From NCBI RefSeq assembly GCF_009914755.1, contig NC_060930.1: DNA of 64,000 nucleotides. One strand, written 5' to 3'. This DNA comes from the human T2T-CHM13v2.0 reference genome, Homo sapiens. Under the pieces are notes generated by a model. That model was given only the letters and a program-made list of their open reading frames with translations. It was not told where the DNA came from and searched no databases. The translations under genes were made by a program, and so were the position numbers. The first letter of the stretch is position 1. Each line of letters begins with the position of its first letter. Below are positions 28,401 through 40,674 of the stretch, piece after piece.

Positions 28401-29130
28401 CGAGCCCCGCCCGCTCCGTGACCCCGCCCCCACCCGTCCCGCCCCTGAAAGCGCCCGGAACGCTGTGCGCGCGCCTTCGGGGAGGAGGGGCTGTCTGGGC
28501 TCGGGGCGCGGCGGCAGTCAGCTCTATGTTCGCGGTCTTAACCTCTCCTCTGGCCGAGTCCTTGCAAGAAGTGAATTACCCGACCCTGGTGAGTAGCTGC
28601 AGGAGTCAGACCTCTTGGAGGCGGCGGCGCCAGCAGCGGCGGCAGGCACGAGGTCCACCGCGGGCGCCTGCGCGCTCGCCCGCCAGCCAATCTGGTGGCC
28701 GCTTTCCTCCGGGCGCCCTTTGACCCGGCGCCCCTCTGGCAGGCGCTGGTGGCGCCCAGCGGCGAGCCTGTAGCCCCCTCGATTAACCTAGGCTGTCACT
28801 CTTAGGCCTGTTTTAGTCTGCGTTAGTTTTACTGCCTTTTACACTGCTTTATCCCCACCTCACTGGCCTCGTCGCCGCCTCCTCTTTGAAACGGTACCTC
28901 CTGTCGCCTCGGATTTTCCTTGTCTCCCCGACAAGGTGGAAATTTCGGGTCGGATGGAAGCCTTTTTCAGCACCTTCTCCTTGTGCCCCCAGACTGCCTC
29001 TGGGCCTTGAGCCGACCGGGAGAGTAGAAGGATCGAGGCCTGCTGGGCTCTGGGTGCAACGGAAAGGTAGCTGTCGCCTCTGGGCATCGGGAGGAGACCG
29101 CCCGATGGCGAGGCCGCTAGAGATGGTTTT
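28250..29130. promoter_or_regulatory. MANEA: CpG island / TATA-less, probably bidirectional promoter of MANEA
   Basis: Only extended GC/CpG-rich non-repeat segment in an AT-rich window. GC boxes GGGCGG 28264-28269 and CCGCCC at 28355, 28407, 28424, 28439; CCAAT 28285-28289; ETS cores CTTCCG 28341, CCGGAAG 28390, CCGGAA 28455; GCGCGCGC near 28467. Confidence 0.93.
28485..28588 (+). other. MANEA: MANEA exon 1 (non-coding 5'UTR; start approximate)
   Basis: Consensus donor CTG|GTGAGT with GT at 28589-28590 inside the CpG island. The TSS cannot be fixed from sequence alone. Confidence 0.8.
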
Positions 29131-29859
29131 TCAGTTCACCTGTTAACGTGTTTGGCACTGTCATCTTAGACTCTTAGCCTTTGCTAAGTCGGGATGCAAC
29201 AGTGCTGGATTAGTGTTTTTGTTGTTCCTTTTTCCAAAGAAGCAACTTGAAGTACAGGCAGGTATAACTGTTTGGTTTTGTTGTTGTAAGACCCTACGGA
29301 TAAGTGTTAGGAGAAAATGTGGAAGTGCTATAAAACAACAACAAGGGGGGGATAATGTTGATTAAGAACTTGAAAATAAGAAAAATGGGACTGGAATAGG
29401 CTGTTCACGTTAAAGTATTGAGGCAGTAGTTTGAAACAAAAATATAAAGTAAAACCTAGATATTGGTGATACTGTATCACGTTGTTTGCAAATCACTTTC
29501 ATGACAATACATCTATTTCAGGTGTATCACACCTGAAAAAAACATGAGTGCTGTGAATTTGTGGATTTTCAGGCTCAATGCAGAAAAACACCCCCCAAAA
29601 CAAAAAATCACAACAATGAAAACACCATTTCCAGAGCTGTTGCTGTTATTCGTGTGACGAATAGTGAATGTATGATCATAAAATAGAATAAGCTGTCTTT
29701 AGATGAAGTTTGGGCACAGTTTATGGAGTAGGTAACAGTTAATCATTGTTTATTAGGTACATAATCCTTAATTGAAAACATAACCATATAGCAGCAGCTT
29801 TCATCTTGTGTCACAAAAATAACTGGTGTATCCTCTAAATTTGATTTGTCTAATACCTT

Positions 29860-30025
29860 AAAGGAAGGCAGAATAGCATGGACAAGAACTTGAGTTCTTG
29901 AGCCAGACTCGATCTGCTCCTTGCTAGGTGATTAACCTTAGATTGGTTTCTTGGCCATTTGCTGGCCCAGAGATTTTTGAAAAAGTTACCAACTGCTCAG
30001 CTTCATCATTTGTAAAATGAGGTTA
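29860..30025 (+). mobile_element. MIR fragment
   Basis: AGGCAGAATAGCATGG...CTCAGCTTCATCATTTGTAAAATGAGG. Confidence 0.6.
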
Positions 30026-30038
30026 AAAAAAATTCTGC

Positions 30039-30354
<316 letters not shown>

Positions 30355-31142
30355 CTAAACCTCACTGAATTTCTGTTAACCAGAGGGTACAAGTGTTTAC
30401 AATAAAACTGACCTGGGCAAGGATTGATTTTGAAACTGATTTTGAAAGTTCCAGATGTGTCTTCTAGTATTGAGTTATATTTATCTCCGGTGGCTTCATA
30501 CAAAATAAAATTAGAAGAAAACAATATATTTTTTAAAAAAAGCACCAGAAGTCTGTGTGATTTAATTTAGTTAATTGAAAGGGAAGTCTTTTTGGCTTTT
30601 GTGAGTTACATGATAAAAGCAAATAATTTTTGAAGTACTAATTCATACCACCCTGCTTCTGAATCTCTTGGGGTCTCTTAGCTAGCTGGATATGTCCAAT
30701 AATTTTTTATTAGACATCACTAAGCTTCAAGTCAGCATTTCAAAGGATTAAAAGCACAAAACTCAAAAAATAGAAGCTACAGGTTCAAAAGAACCTATTG
30801 TGTATGAGTAATGTAAACAGTCTTTTGAGGAGAAAACAGATTTTCAGTAGCCAATACTTTGAGTAGGTCCCTGCCTTGGAAAGATATATCTGCAATAAAC
30901 TTGTAATATTTTCTCTATGGTGACTTATAATACTTTTCTTTTATTGAAGCTAAATTAGTTCCTCCACCCCTTTCCTGCAAGATCAGACATTTTAGGCATC
31001 TCAAGGGTCATTGTGGTTTTACAGCGTTGAAGATGATTTTTTTTATTAAATTGGATTTTTAAAATTATTGGATCTTTACGATTCTTTATAATATGTTCAG
31101 TATACACCGTAAACTTATCAAGTATGTATACGGTCAGTAGTC

Positions 31143-31191
31143 TATATATACACACACACACAGATATACATATATATATATACACACACAC
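31143..31191. repeat. (TA)n(CA)n compound microsatellite
   Basis: TATATATACACACACACACAGATATACATATATATATATACACACACAC. Confidence 0.85.
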
Positions 31192-31393
31192 TGCCTGAAT
31201 ACCAATGAAACAGCAAAGAGCCAGAAATTAACTTTTTTAAAGCTGAACACTTAATGAACACTATGTGAAAGATATGTTATGCTCTACTAGAATGTGAAGA
31301 TAAAGACTCCATTTCTGAAACTTAAGGAGCAATCTAGTAGGTGATATAAAGATAAATGCACAGCATGATATAATACATAAGGAATGACAATTT

Positions 31394-31764
<371 letters not shown>

Positions 31765-31899
31765 TTAGGAGAGGTATCAAGAAGAGGCAGCATTTCAACT
31801 TTGACTTGAAGGTGACTGGTATTTCAATAGTTGGTCATATAGAGAATAGGCACTTAGAATAAAATGTGTTATATTTTAATTGCTTGTCGGACACCCATC

Positions 31900-32150
31900 T
31901 TTAATCATCATCATAAACAATTGCTCATTTATTTAGTCTTATACTAAGCCACATGATTTTGAGAGTTTTACAATATTAACTAATTTCATCCTCACAAAAA
32001 TCCTATGAGTGAAGTAATAACTCATTCTATGGGTGAGGAAAGGAACTCAGAAAGATCAGGTCAGTTTTGTAGGTCAGATAACTAAAAAATGGCACAGCTG
32101 GAATTTGAGCTCAAGCATTTGAACTACAGAGCTCATATTTTAAATCTCAA
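31900..32150 (-). mobile_element. MIR
   Basis: TTTCATCCTCACAAAAATCCTATGAG...GAGGAAAGGAACTCAGAAAG...GGAATTTGAGCTCAAG. Confidence 0.65.
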
Positions 32151-33057
32151 TGCCCATCTGTGTTTATTTAGGTTGAGATGACTTAATTGAGACATGGAGG
32201 TTGAGCCAGAGCCAGCAGATCATCTCTTAAAATTGAGCTTGTGTGTCATCTATAATGATGTGATAAACACACATTTTAATTGAATGAATGAAGTAATGTA
32301 AAATGAGAAGACAGAGGATCAGCTTAAGAAATTACATTCATAGGCAAGAGAGAGAGAAAAAAAAACAGCTTCCATAAATGGACATTTTGTGCTTTGTATT
32401 CATGAGTGTATCCAGAAAATGAACCTAAGAAATTTTTTAGAGTTTCCAATATTTCTTCACTTATAAATTCATTAGTATTTACTGTTTGATTAAAACATTA
32501 CTGTTTCAAATTGTCTTGCATGATTCACAGAATAGTTTTATCAGTAGGCAAAACAGATACCCTCTTTTTTAAGAAAAGGCTAAGTGATTTACCCAGGATC
32601 ACACAACTAAGTGTGACTGATTTGAATTTACATCTTAAGATTTATTATATATCTTGATCTTTCATGAATCTCGCCATTCAGCTGAAGTCAACGTTTCAAA
32701 AATGAATGCCTTACTAATTTATAAATCTGTTAGTTATTTCTCCTTTCTCTGTAACTCTTCCAACATTCATTACCATTGTTTTTTTCCTTATAGAATACCT
32801 ATCCAAATGTTTTCCTTCTGAAGTATTATGTTCTACTTTTAGAAAACAGAGTAAGAAAATATCACTGTTGTCTCATCCAGACATAACTATTTTACATGTT
32901 TAAGTATATTTCCTTCTATGTGTATCTTTAATACAGATATGATATTATATATCATAGTAGTTGATATATTACATCCAAAATATTATTTTTGCTTCATGTC
33001 TCATCAAAATTTTCCCTTTCTTCAATCAAAGGGAAATGTTTGTTGTGATGTCAATGA

Positions 33058-33421
<364 letters not shown>

Positions 33422-34254
33422 CATCCTTTTATACCTGTTAGTGCAACAGGACTGCCACAGCTCACATGTAGAAATTTCACTTCACAGAGTCATGTAGTGC
33501 AGGGTTTGAAAGACTTTGTGACTTAGCCCTTTCCAGAAATAAGCAGGTATGTTAACAGCTCACATTCTTCTATTTACTGCTGGGATAAATAGCACAAACA
33601 ATTTCTGTTTACTTTTCCTGCATATTCACCATATGGTAATATTTTACCATATTTGCTTACCATTATACACAAACACACATACCCTTACTTATTATACGTT
33701 GCATTGTATGTAAGCCATACATTTTATATATAGTGTATGTATGTGGTGTACATATATGTATGAATATGTGTGTATTTATGTATATGTGTGTATCCTCTCT
33801 TTAATATATTGTCTCATGGTTCCTCGTGATTAGATCTGGATTAATTTTTAACAAGAGTACCACAGCAGTGATTCTGTGTTTTTCTCAGTACGGGTTCGCT
33901 GAAGACTAATGGCCATACTTATTTATCCAAATTAACTGATAAAGTCAATTTTGATCACTAGTTTAAATTGGTGTTTTGGTAGGTTTTCCACTGTTATTAT
34001 TTCCCCATTTGTAATTAATTAGATATCTTCTGGAGGAACATTTTGTCAGTATGTATATAGTTATTAAAACAAAATCTCCAGACCTGTCTACCTATTCCTT
34101 TACTAAAAGTTCATTTACATAGCTTTTTATTAGAGAGGGAGGGAACTGATGTGATGGAATGCAGGGATGGGGAAGAGTTAGGATACCAGGTAAAGTGTCA
34201 GAAAAGATTTAGTAATTAATATTGTTTCCCAAGAGTTTTATAAATTTAAATACA

Positions 34255-34485
34255 TTTAATTATGTATATATAATCATACATATTTATATCTAAATATATA
34301 TGACATGTATCCATATATAACATAAGATGCACAATATGTAAATACACATATATGTGCATGTATGTGTACATATGCACATACACACATTTATGTATGTACC
34401 TGCATGCCTTGATATATTTACAGTATGCATATCGTATATACAGTATACATATATACATATATGACGTATATATGTACACACACCA
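34255..34485. repeat. Degenerate (TA/CA/TG)n alternating purine-pyrimidine tract
   Basis: Produces the spurious Y/I/C/M-rich ORFs at 34246-34675. Confidence 0.8.
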
Positions 34486-34874
34486 TATTTACTTAAAGTT
34501 TGAAACAGACAAAATACAGTTAACTTTAGTTAGATATGCTTGTGTGCGGTGGGAAAACTATAAAGAAAGAAGAGGTGAAATGGTAAACACAAAATTCAAG
34601 CAGTTGCCCTTAGGCAGGGAGAAGGGCAGGACTGGTGATTCAGAGGGAGCACGAGAAGTGGAAAGGAGCTTTTAAGCTGGCAGATTTCTTTTTGAATGTT
34701 TACTTTATATGTTTTAAACTAGACATGTCTTTTATACTATTCTTTTATGTTATTCTTTATATTATTCACTATTCACAATTAAACAAGATTAACCTTAAAA
34801 ATAATTCTTATGATTTTAGCTGTTAAAGAAATATACTTGGTTAGTTTAGTGTTTCTTAAATACATGTAGAATAG

Positions 34875-35847
34875 TGTTGTGGGAAGTCAGGGACCCCGAA
34901 CGGAGGGACTGACTGGAGCTGCAGCAGAGGAACATAAATTGTGAAGATTTCATGGACATTTATCACTTCCCTAAGAATACTCTTATAATTTCTTATGCCT
35001 GTCTTACTTTAATCTCTTAATCCTCTTATCTTCGTAAACTGAGGATGTACGTCACCTCAGGACCACTATAATTGTGTTAACTGTACAAATTGATTGTAAA
35101 ACGTGTGTTTGAACAATATGAAATCAGTGCACCTTGAAAAAGAACAGAGTAACAGCGATTTTTAAGACAGCGATAAAGTCTGACTGCCTGTGGGGTCGGG
35201 CAAAAAGAGCCATATTTTTCTTCTTGCAGAGAGCCTATAAATGGACGTGCAAGTAGGAGAGGTATCACTAAATTCTTTTCCTAGCAAGGAACATTAATAT
35301 TAAGACCCTAGGAAAAGAATTGCATTCCTCGGGGGAGGTCTATAAGCGGCCGCTCTGGGAGTGTCTGTCCTATGCGGTTGAGATAAGGACTGAGATACGC
35401 CCTGGTCTCCTCCAGTACCCCACCCTGGTGAATTTGAGGTCAGACTGGTTCTCTGCTCTCGAACCCTGTTTTCTGTTGTTTAAGATGTTTATCAAGACAG
35501 TAGGTGCACAGCTGAACATAGACCCTTACCAGTAGTTCTGTTTTGCCTTTTCTCCTGTTTCCCCAGAAGCATGTGATCTTTGTTCTCCTTTTTGCCCTTT
35601 GAAGTATGTGATCTTGTGAGTTACTCCCTGTTCTTGGACCCCCTCCCCTTTTGAAATTCTTAATAAAATTTGCTGGTTTTGTGGCTCAGGTGGGCATCAT
35701 GGTCCTACCGATATGTGATGTCACCCCCGGTGGCCCAACTGTAAAATTCCTCTCTTTGTACTCTCTGTCTTATTTCTCAGACTGGTTGACATTTATGGAA
35801 AATAGAAAGAACCTACGTTGAAATATTGGGGATGGGTTCCCCCGATA
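34875..35847 (+). mobile_element. MER11 (HERV-K HML-8) solo LTR, sense orientation in MANEA intron 1
   Basis: TGTTGTGGGAAGTCAGGGACCCCGAACGGAGGGAC...CCTACGTTGAAATATTGGGG..CCCCCGATA; perfect 6-bp TSD GAATAG at 34869-34874 and 35848-35853. Confidence 0.95.
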
Positions 35848-36257
35848 GAATAGAAGCAGCAGTTTGTAGGAAGTTTCACTTGTCTTTCTTTTCTATTGGA
35901 GTTAAGTCTTTTTTAACTTAATTCTCTATAATAACAGCACCGTATCATAGAACTCATTTTATAAAGCAGTCAATGTCAGCATTGTGCCAAATACCTTTCT
36001 AATAAGAAATCTGTATATAAAAAGACTTGAATATTTCATTCATATGGTGTATATGTACCTATATACTTATACTCATATATATATATATATATACACACAC
36101 AACAATAATGTCTTTTCTTAATCAGCCAAGAAGCACTGCATTAATATATGTCCATAAACATACTTACTAAAACAAAAACACATATAATACCCTTTCAGAA
36201 GTTATAAATTACTGTTTATAACCTCTGTTCAGTAAGATTTTCAGAGTCGTAAGTTAA

Positions 36258-36555
36258 TTTTATTTTTGGAGACGTTTTCTTGCACTGTCACCCAGGCTGG
36301 AGTGCAGTGGCACAATCGTGGCTCACTGCAGCCTTGACCTTCTGGGCTCAAGCAATCCACCTGCCTCAGCCTCATGAGTAGCTGGGGAACTACAGGCACA
36401 CACCACCATGCCTAGCCAATTTTTTAAAAGTTTGTGTAGGGATGGGGTCTCCCCGTGGTTGTCCAGGCTGGTCTCAAACTGCTGAACTCAAGTGATCTTC
36501 CTGCCTCAGCCTTCCAAAGTGCTGGGATTACAGGCATGAGCCATCATGCCCAGCC
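36258..36555 (-). mobile_element. AluJ
   Basis: GCAGCCTTGACCTTCTGGGCTCAAGCAATCC. Confidence 0.9.
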
Positions 36556-36819
36556 TAATGAATTTTTTGAAAAAATTGGGAATATCTTACTTGTGATTAT
36601 TCTTTTTTTCTCTACTGTCATTTAAAAAATTTTGTCTGATTCTATTTCACTTCAAAATGTTATTTAAAATTTGTAATTTTTCCCTTTTATGAAATTGTTA
36701 GTTAAAAATTTTTTAGAAAATCTGTTTAATGACTGGGTTTTTCATACACTAGTAAGTATTTCCTTTTTATTAACTGTGATTTGTAAATTTTACACTTAGA
36801 TTTAGAAAATTTTAGTTCA

Positions 36820-36955
36820 GGCCAGGTGTGTGGTGACTCATACCTGTAATCCTAGCAATGTGGGAGGCTGAGACAGGAGGATCGCTTGAGCCCAAGAGTT
36901 CAAGACCAGCCTGGTCAACATAGTGAGACCTTGTCTCTACAATAAATAAATAAAT
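36820..36955 (+). mobile_element. FLAM / Alu left monomer
   Basis: GGCCAGG...GGATCGCTTGAGCCCAAGAGTTCAAGACCAGCC followed by an (AAAT)n tail. Confidence 0.88.
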
Positions 36956-37380
36956 GATTTTTAAACAGAATTTTAGTTCACATACATAGAATGTTCCCTT
37001 CCTACATTCAGCATACATGTAATCTGTTCAAGTAATGAAAAACATATTTTAATTTCTTAAATAAAATTTCCTAAAGGTTCGTCTGACTAAACGTAATTGG
37101 CATGTACATGGTGATATATCCAAATGAATATTGCCGTTTATTCTAGCCATAGACCCTTATTGTACACATTTATATATGATGATATAATTAATGTCTTCAC
37201 TTTCTTAATTTCACCAATATGTGATGAAATCAGTATTAATTATTCAATGTAATGAAATTTATGGATTTTAGTTTTCGTGTTGAATATATTGGAAAATACT
37301 GTTGATAACACTTACTAATTATCTTTTTTCAATAAATTGCAGCAAAACACTTACTATTTTGGAGTTTAAAGTATGTCATC

Positions 37381-37924
37381 ATGGCAAAGTTTCGGAGAAG
37401 GACTTGCATCATTTTGGCACTTTTTATTCTATTTATTTTCTCTCTGATGATGGGTTTAAAAATGCTGAGACCAAATACAGCTACTTTTGGAGCTCCTTTT
37501 GGACTTGACCTTCTTCCAGAACTTCATCAACGAACTATTCATTTGGGGAAAAATTTTGATTTCCAAAAGAGTGACAGAATCAACAGTGAAACAAATACCA
37601 AGAATTTAAAAAGTGTTGAAATCACTATGAAACCTTCCAAAGCCTCTGAACTTAACTTGGATGAACTACCACCTCTGAACAATTATCTACATGTATTTTA
37701 TTACAGTTGGTATGGAAATCCACAATTTGATGGTAAATATATACATTGGAATCATCCAGTGTTAGAGCATTGGGACCCTAGAATAGCCAAGAATTATCCA
37801 CAAGGGAGACACAACCCTCCAGATGACATTGGCTCCAGCTTTTATCCTGAATTGGGAAGTTACAGTTCTCGGGATCCTTCTGTCATAGAAACTCACATGA
37901 GACAAATGCGCTCAGCTTCAATTG
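37381..37924 (+). CDS. MANEA: MANEA coding exon 2 (exon starts at 37343): cytosolic tail, signal-anchor TM, stem and start of GH99 domain
   Basis: Acceptor ttgcAG at 37341-37342; strong Kozak atcATGG; MAKFRRRTCIILALFILFIFSLMMGL type II anchor; GH99 motifs HVFYYSWYG and FYPELGSYSS; donor G|GTAATT at 37925, phase 1 (544 nt). Confidence 0.97.
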
Positions 37925-38179
37925 GTAATTATTGTATATATATATATGTGTGTTTGTGTCTGTATATATGCATATAAATGATTTTTTGTGTAACTTTACT
38001 AGTTAATTTTCTCATTATTATTAATTATATTGTTAAGCTCATACCTCCAAATTAAACTGTATGTATGATCTTAAACATCCAGGCAACCACATTTTAACAC
38101 TGCCCTTAGTGTATATTGTTTAATTTTTACATTTTGGAGCATTTCTGGATATATTGTTGATTTCTAATTTAATTCACTT

Positions 38180-38650
38180 TCTCAATTTTATTAAATTATG
38201 ATTTACATAAAATACAATGAATTTCCCACTTTAAGTTTATAGCTCATTGATGTTACTCAAAAGTATATACCTGTTTGAATACCACCCCAATCAAGAAGTA
38301 AAATATTTCTATAGCCCAAAAAGTCTCATCATAATTCCTTTATTCAGGCCTACCTTCTCCCCTACCGCTGAAAACTGTATACATATCAGCTGGATCTGAT
38401 TTCTATCAGATCTGATTTCTATCACTGGAGAATAGTTGTGAGTGTTCTATTACTTTATGAAAATAGAGTCATTCAGCATTTGTATGTGTGTATGTCTTTT
38501 GCTCAGCACAATATTTTGAACTGCACTTAACTATATCAATAGCTTAGTCATTTTTATTGATGAGAAGTCTCCTATTGTTTGATTTTGGCAAATTTGCTTT
38601 TATATTCACCTGTTGATAGGTGTTTGGGCTTTTTCAAATTTTAGGCATGT
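38180..38650 (-). mobile_element. L1MB/MC 3' end fragment
   Basis: TTTTATTAAATTATGATTTACATAAAATACAATG...ACCACCCCAATCAAGA. Confidence 0.65.
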
Positions 38651-40674
38651 AGCATGTAATTTAGTCCTGCTTTTCTGTTTCTTAAAGTTATTCTGTCAGT
38701 CTTAATGTCTGTTTATTTCATTTATGTTTAATGTAATAATGATATGATTTTAAATCTGCCATTTTTCTGTTTATTTTCCATTTGTCCCACACGTCTGTTT
38801 CTTTTTTTCCTTCTTTTTCTTCCTTCTCTTACATTACATATGCGTATTATTCTGTTTTATATTTTCTTCTGGCTTATGTTATTCATTTGTTTTATTTATA
38901 ACTGTACCTTTTTACAATACGCCCCTTTAACTTAACTGATTCTTATTGTTGTTCCCACCGCTTCTCACCTTTCTCTTCTCCTTCCTTCTGGCACTCCAAT
39001 TACATATATTTAGATAGAGTCATATTGTCCCACAGGTGAATTACAGAAAAAATATAACTTGGTGCCTGAAAATTCTTCAGTTTGTTAATATAGTCTTTGT
39101 AAAACCTTCCAGTTTCAGTTTCATTTATCTTTTTAGTGCCCCTACCAGTAGAGCTAGAACAAGAAATTGGGTATTCTTACATTTTTCCAGCTCTACATAA
39201 AGGTATGGATTCACCATGGAGCTGATATGTATTTAGAGAAACACAAGAGTCTTTGATGAACAAAACAATGTAGAATTCTATGAATCTATATCAGATATGT
39301 GCAAGATGAGTTGTTTTCCTTGTATGGACTAACTTTTTTCAAGTATTTATAAAATTTAACTTTATAGTATAGTTAGAGATTTAGTTTCTATGTTCTGTAT
39401 GTATTATGACATAAAATAGCTTGGGTCAGTTAAGACAGCATTGACTTCTGTGTGGTCAATATGTATGTGTGTGTGTCTGTCTCTACTAATTTGCTTTTGG
39501 GAGGAGAATCTTTTCAAATGATATTTTTTCTATTGTTTACAAAAAATTTGTGTCACATTTAAGTCTTTATTCAAGACTGTCTTGATATGGCTAAAAAAAC
39601 TATGCTAGATTGACAGAGGAAATGGTTGTTCTTTAAAGTTTTAATTTTCATTTGCAATTTGAATAGTATACAATGAGGGTTTTTTCCCCTCCATTATAAA
39701 TATAACTAATATTAATACATATTTGTAATACATAAACATATATAAATAATATATGTGGTAAATATAAATTTTAAATAGAAATATATGTGTTACACTATTT
39801 TTGGTATAGTTTGTGATCAGGAAGAAAAGTTTCAGTAAACATTTTTATGCCTATTCATATTTATAAAGACCTTTTTCCCTGTATAATATTTTAGTATTGT
39901 ATCATGTATATGAACATTAATTATTTCTAAACATTGACAGTAATACAGTCATTTCAATTTTAAATGTTGACAGCTTCACTACGGATGCAAATATTTTACT
40001 TTTTGATGGATTTTCTACTAGACAAAATTAAAAAATAAACTTGATAATAAAAGTGACATAATCAATTTATAAATAAAGAAATAATTTCTTAATGAGTTAA
40101 ATATTGAATTATACTCATTGTTACCAGGCAGAAAATAATTTGACTGTTGGAATACTGACTCAAAACCCTAATTTAATCCATGGAGCTGGCATGCTGACTC
40201 AGGCATTCTTTGGATTGAAGAAGATAGTAAATGAAGGCTGTTTAAATTGTTGTATGGTTGACTGTGCTTTGACTACATATTTAACATTCATATTTTTCCT
40301 TTGATATAAATGGCCTTCTTTTTATCTTAAGTTGAATTGCTGTGTGAAGTAATTATGCTGTTATATCGCAGAGTACAAGTTGGTTGATTTTCTGCTTTTA
40401 CAATTAAGTGTGGTTGGCATAAATCCTAATGGCTCAACCCTTCATTGAAAAGAATGATAAAATTAAAATGAACTATTAATGTTATGTTTAAAATCCAATT
40501 ATTATATATAATGTATCAGATATATTACAATGGCATATGGTAGATTTGTATCCTTTTCAAGTCTTTTAAGTAAAATATTACGTATCATGTATTCTATCCT
40601 CTTGTATTGCTGTATTACAACTCTAAAAGTAACAGATGAATGCCTTCTTTTTTTTATACAGTTTACTAAAACTT

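Noticed and set aside
28418-29146. Arg/Pro/Gly-rich ORFs in the CpG island
   Set aside because: Expected from stop-poor GC-rich DNA; only the spliced uORF from ATG 28526 is retained.
34246-34675. Tyr/Ile/Cys-rich ORFs (also 21248-21496, 13041-13238)
   Set aside because: Artefacts of TA/CA/TG low-complexity tracts.
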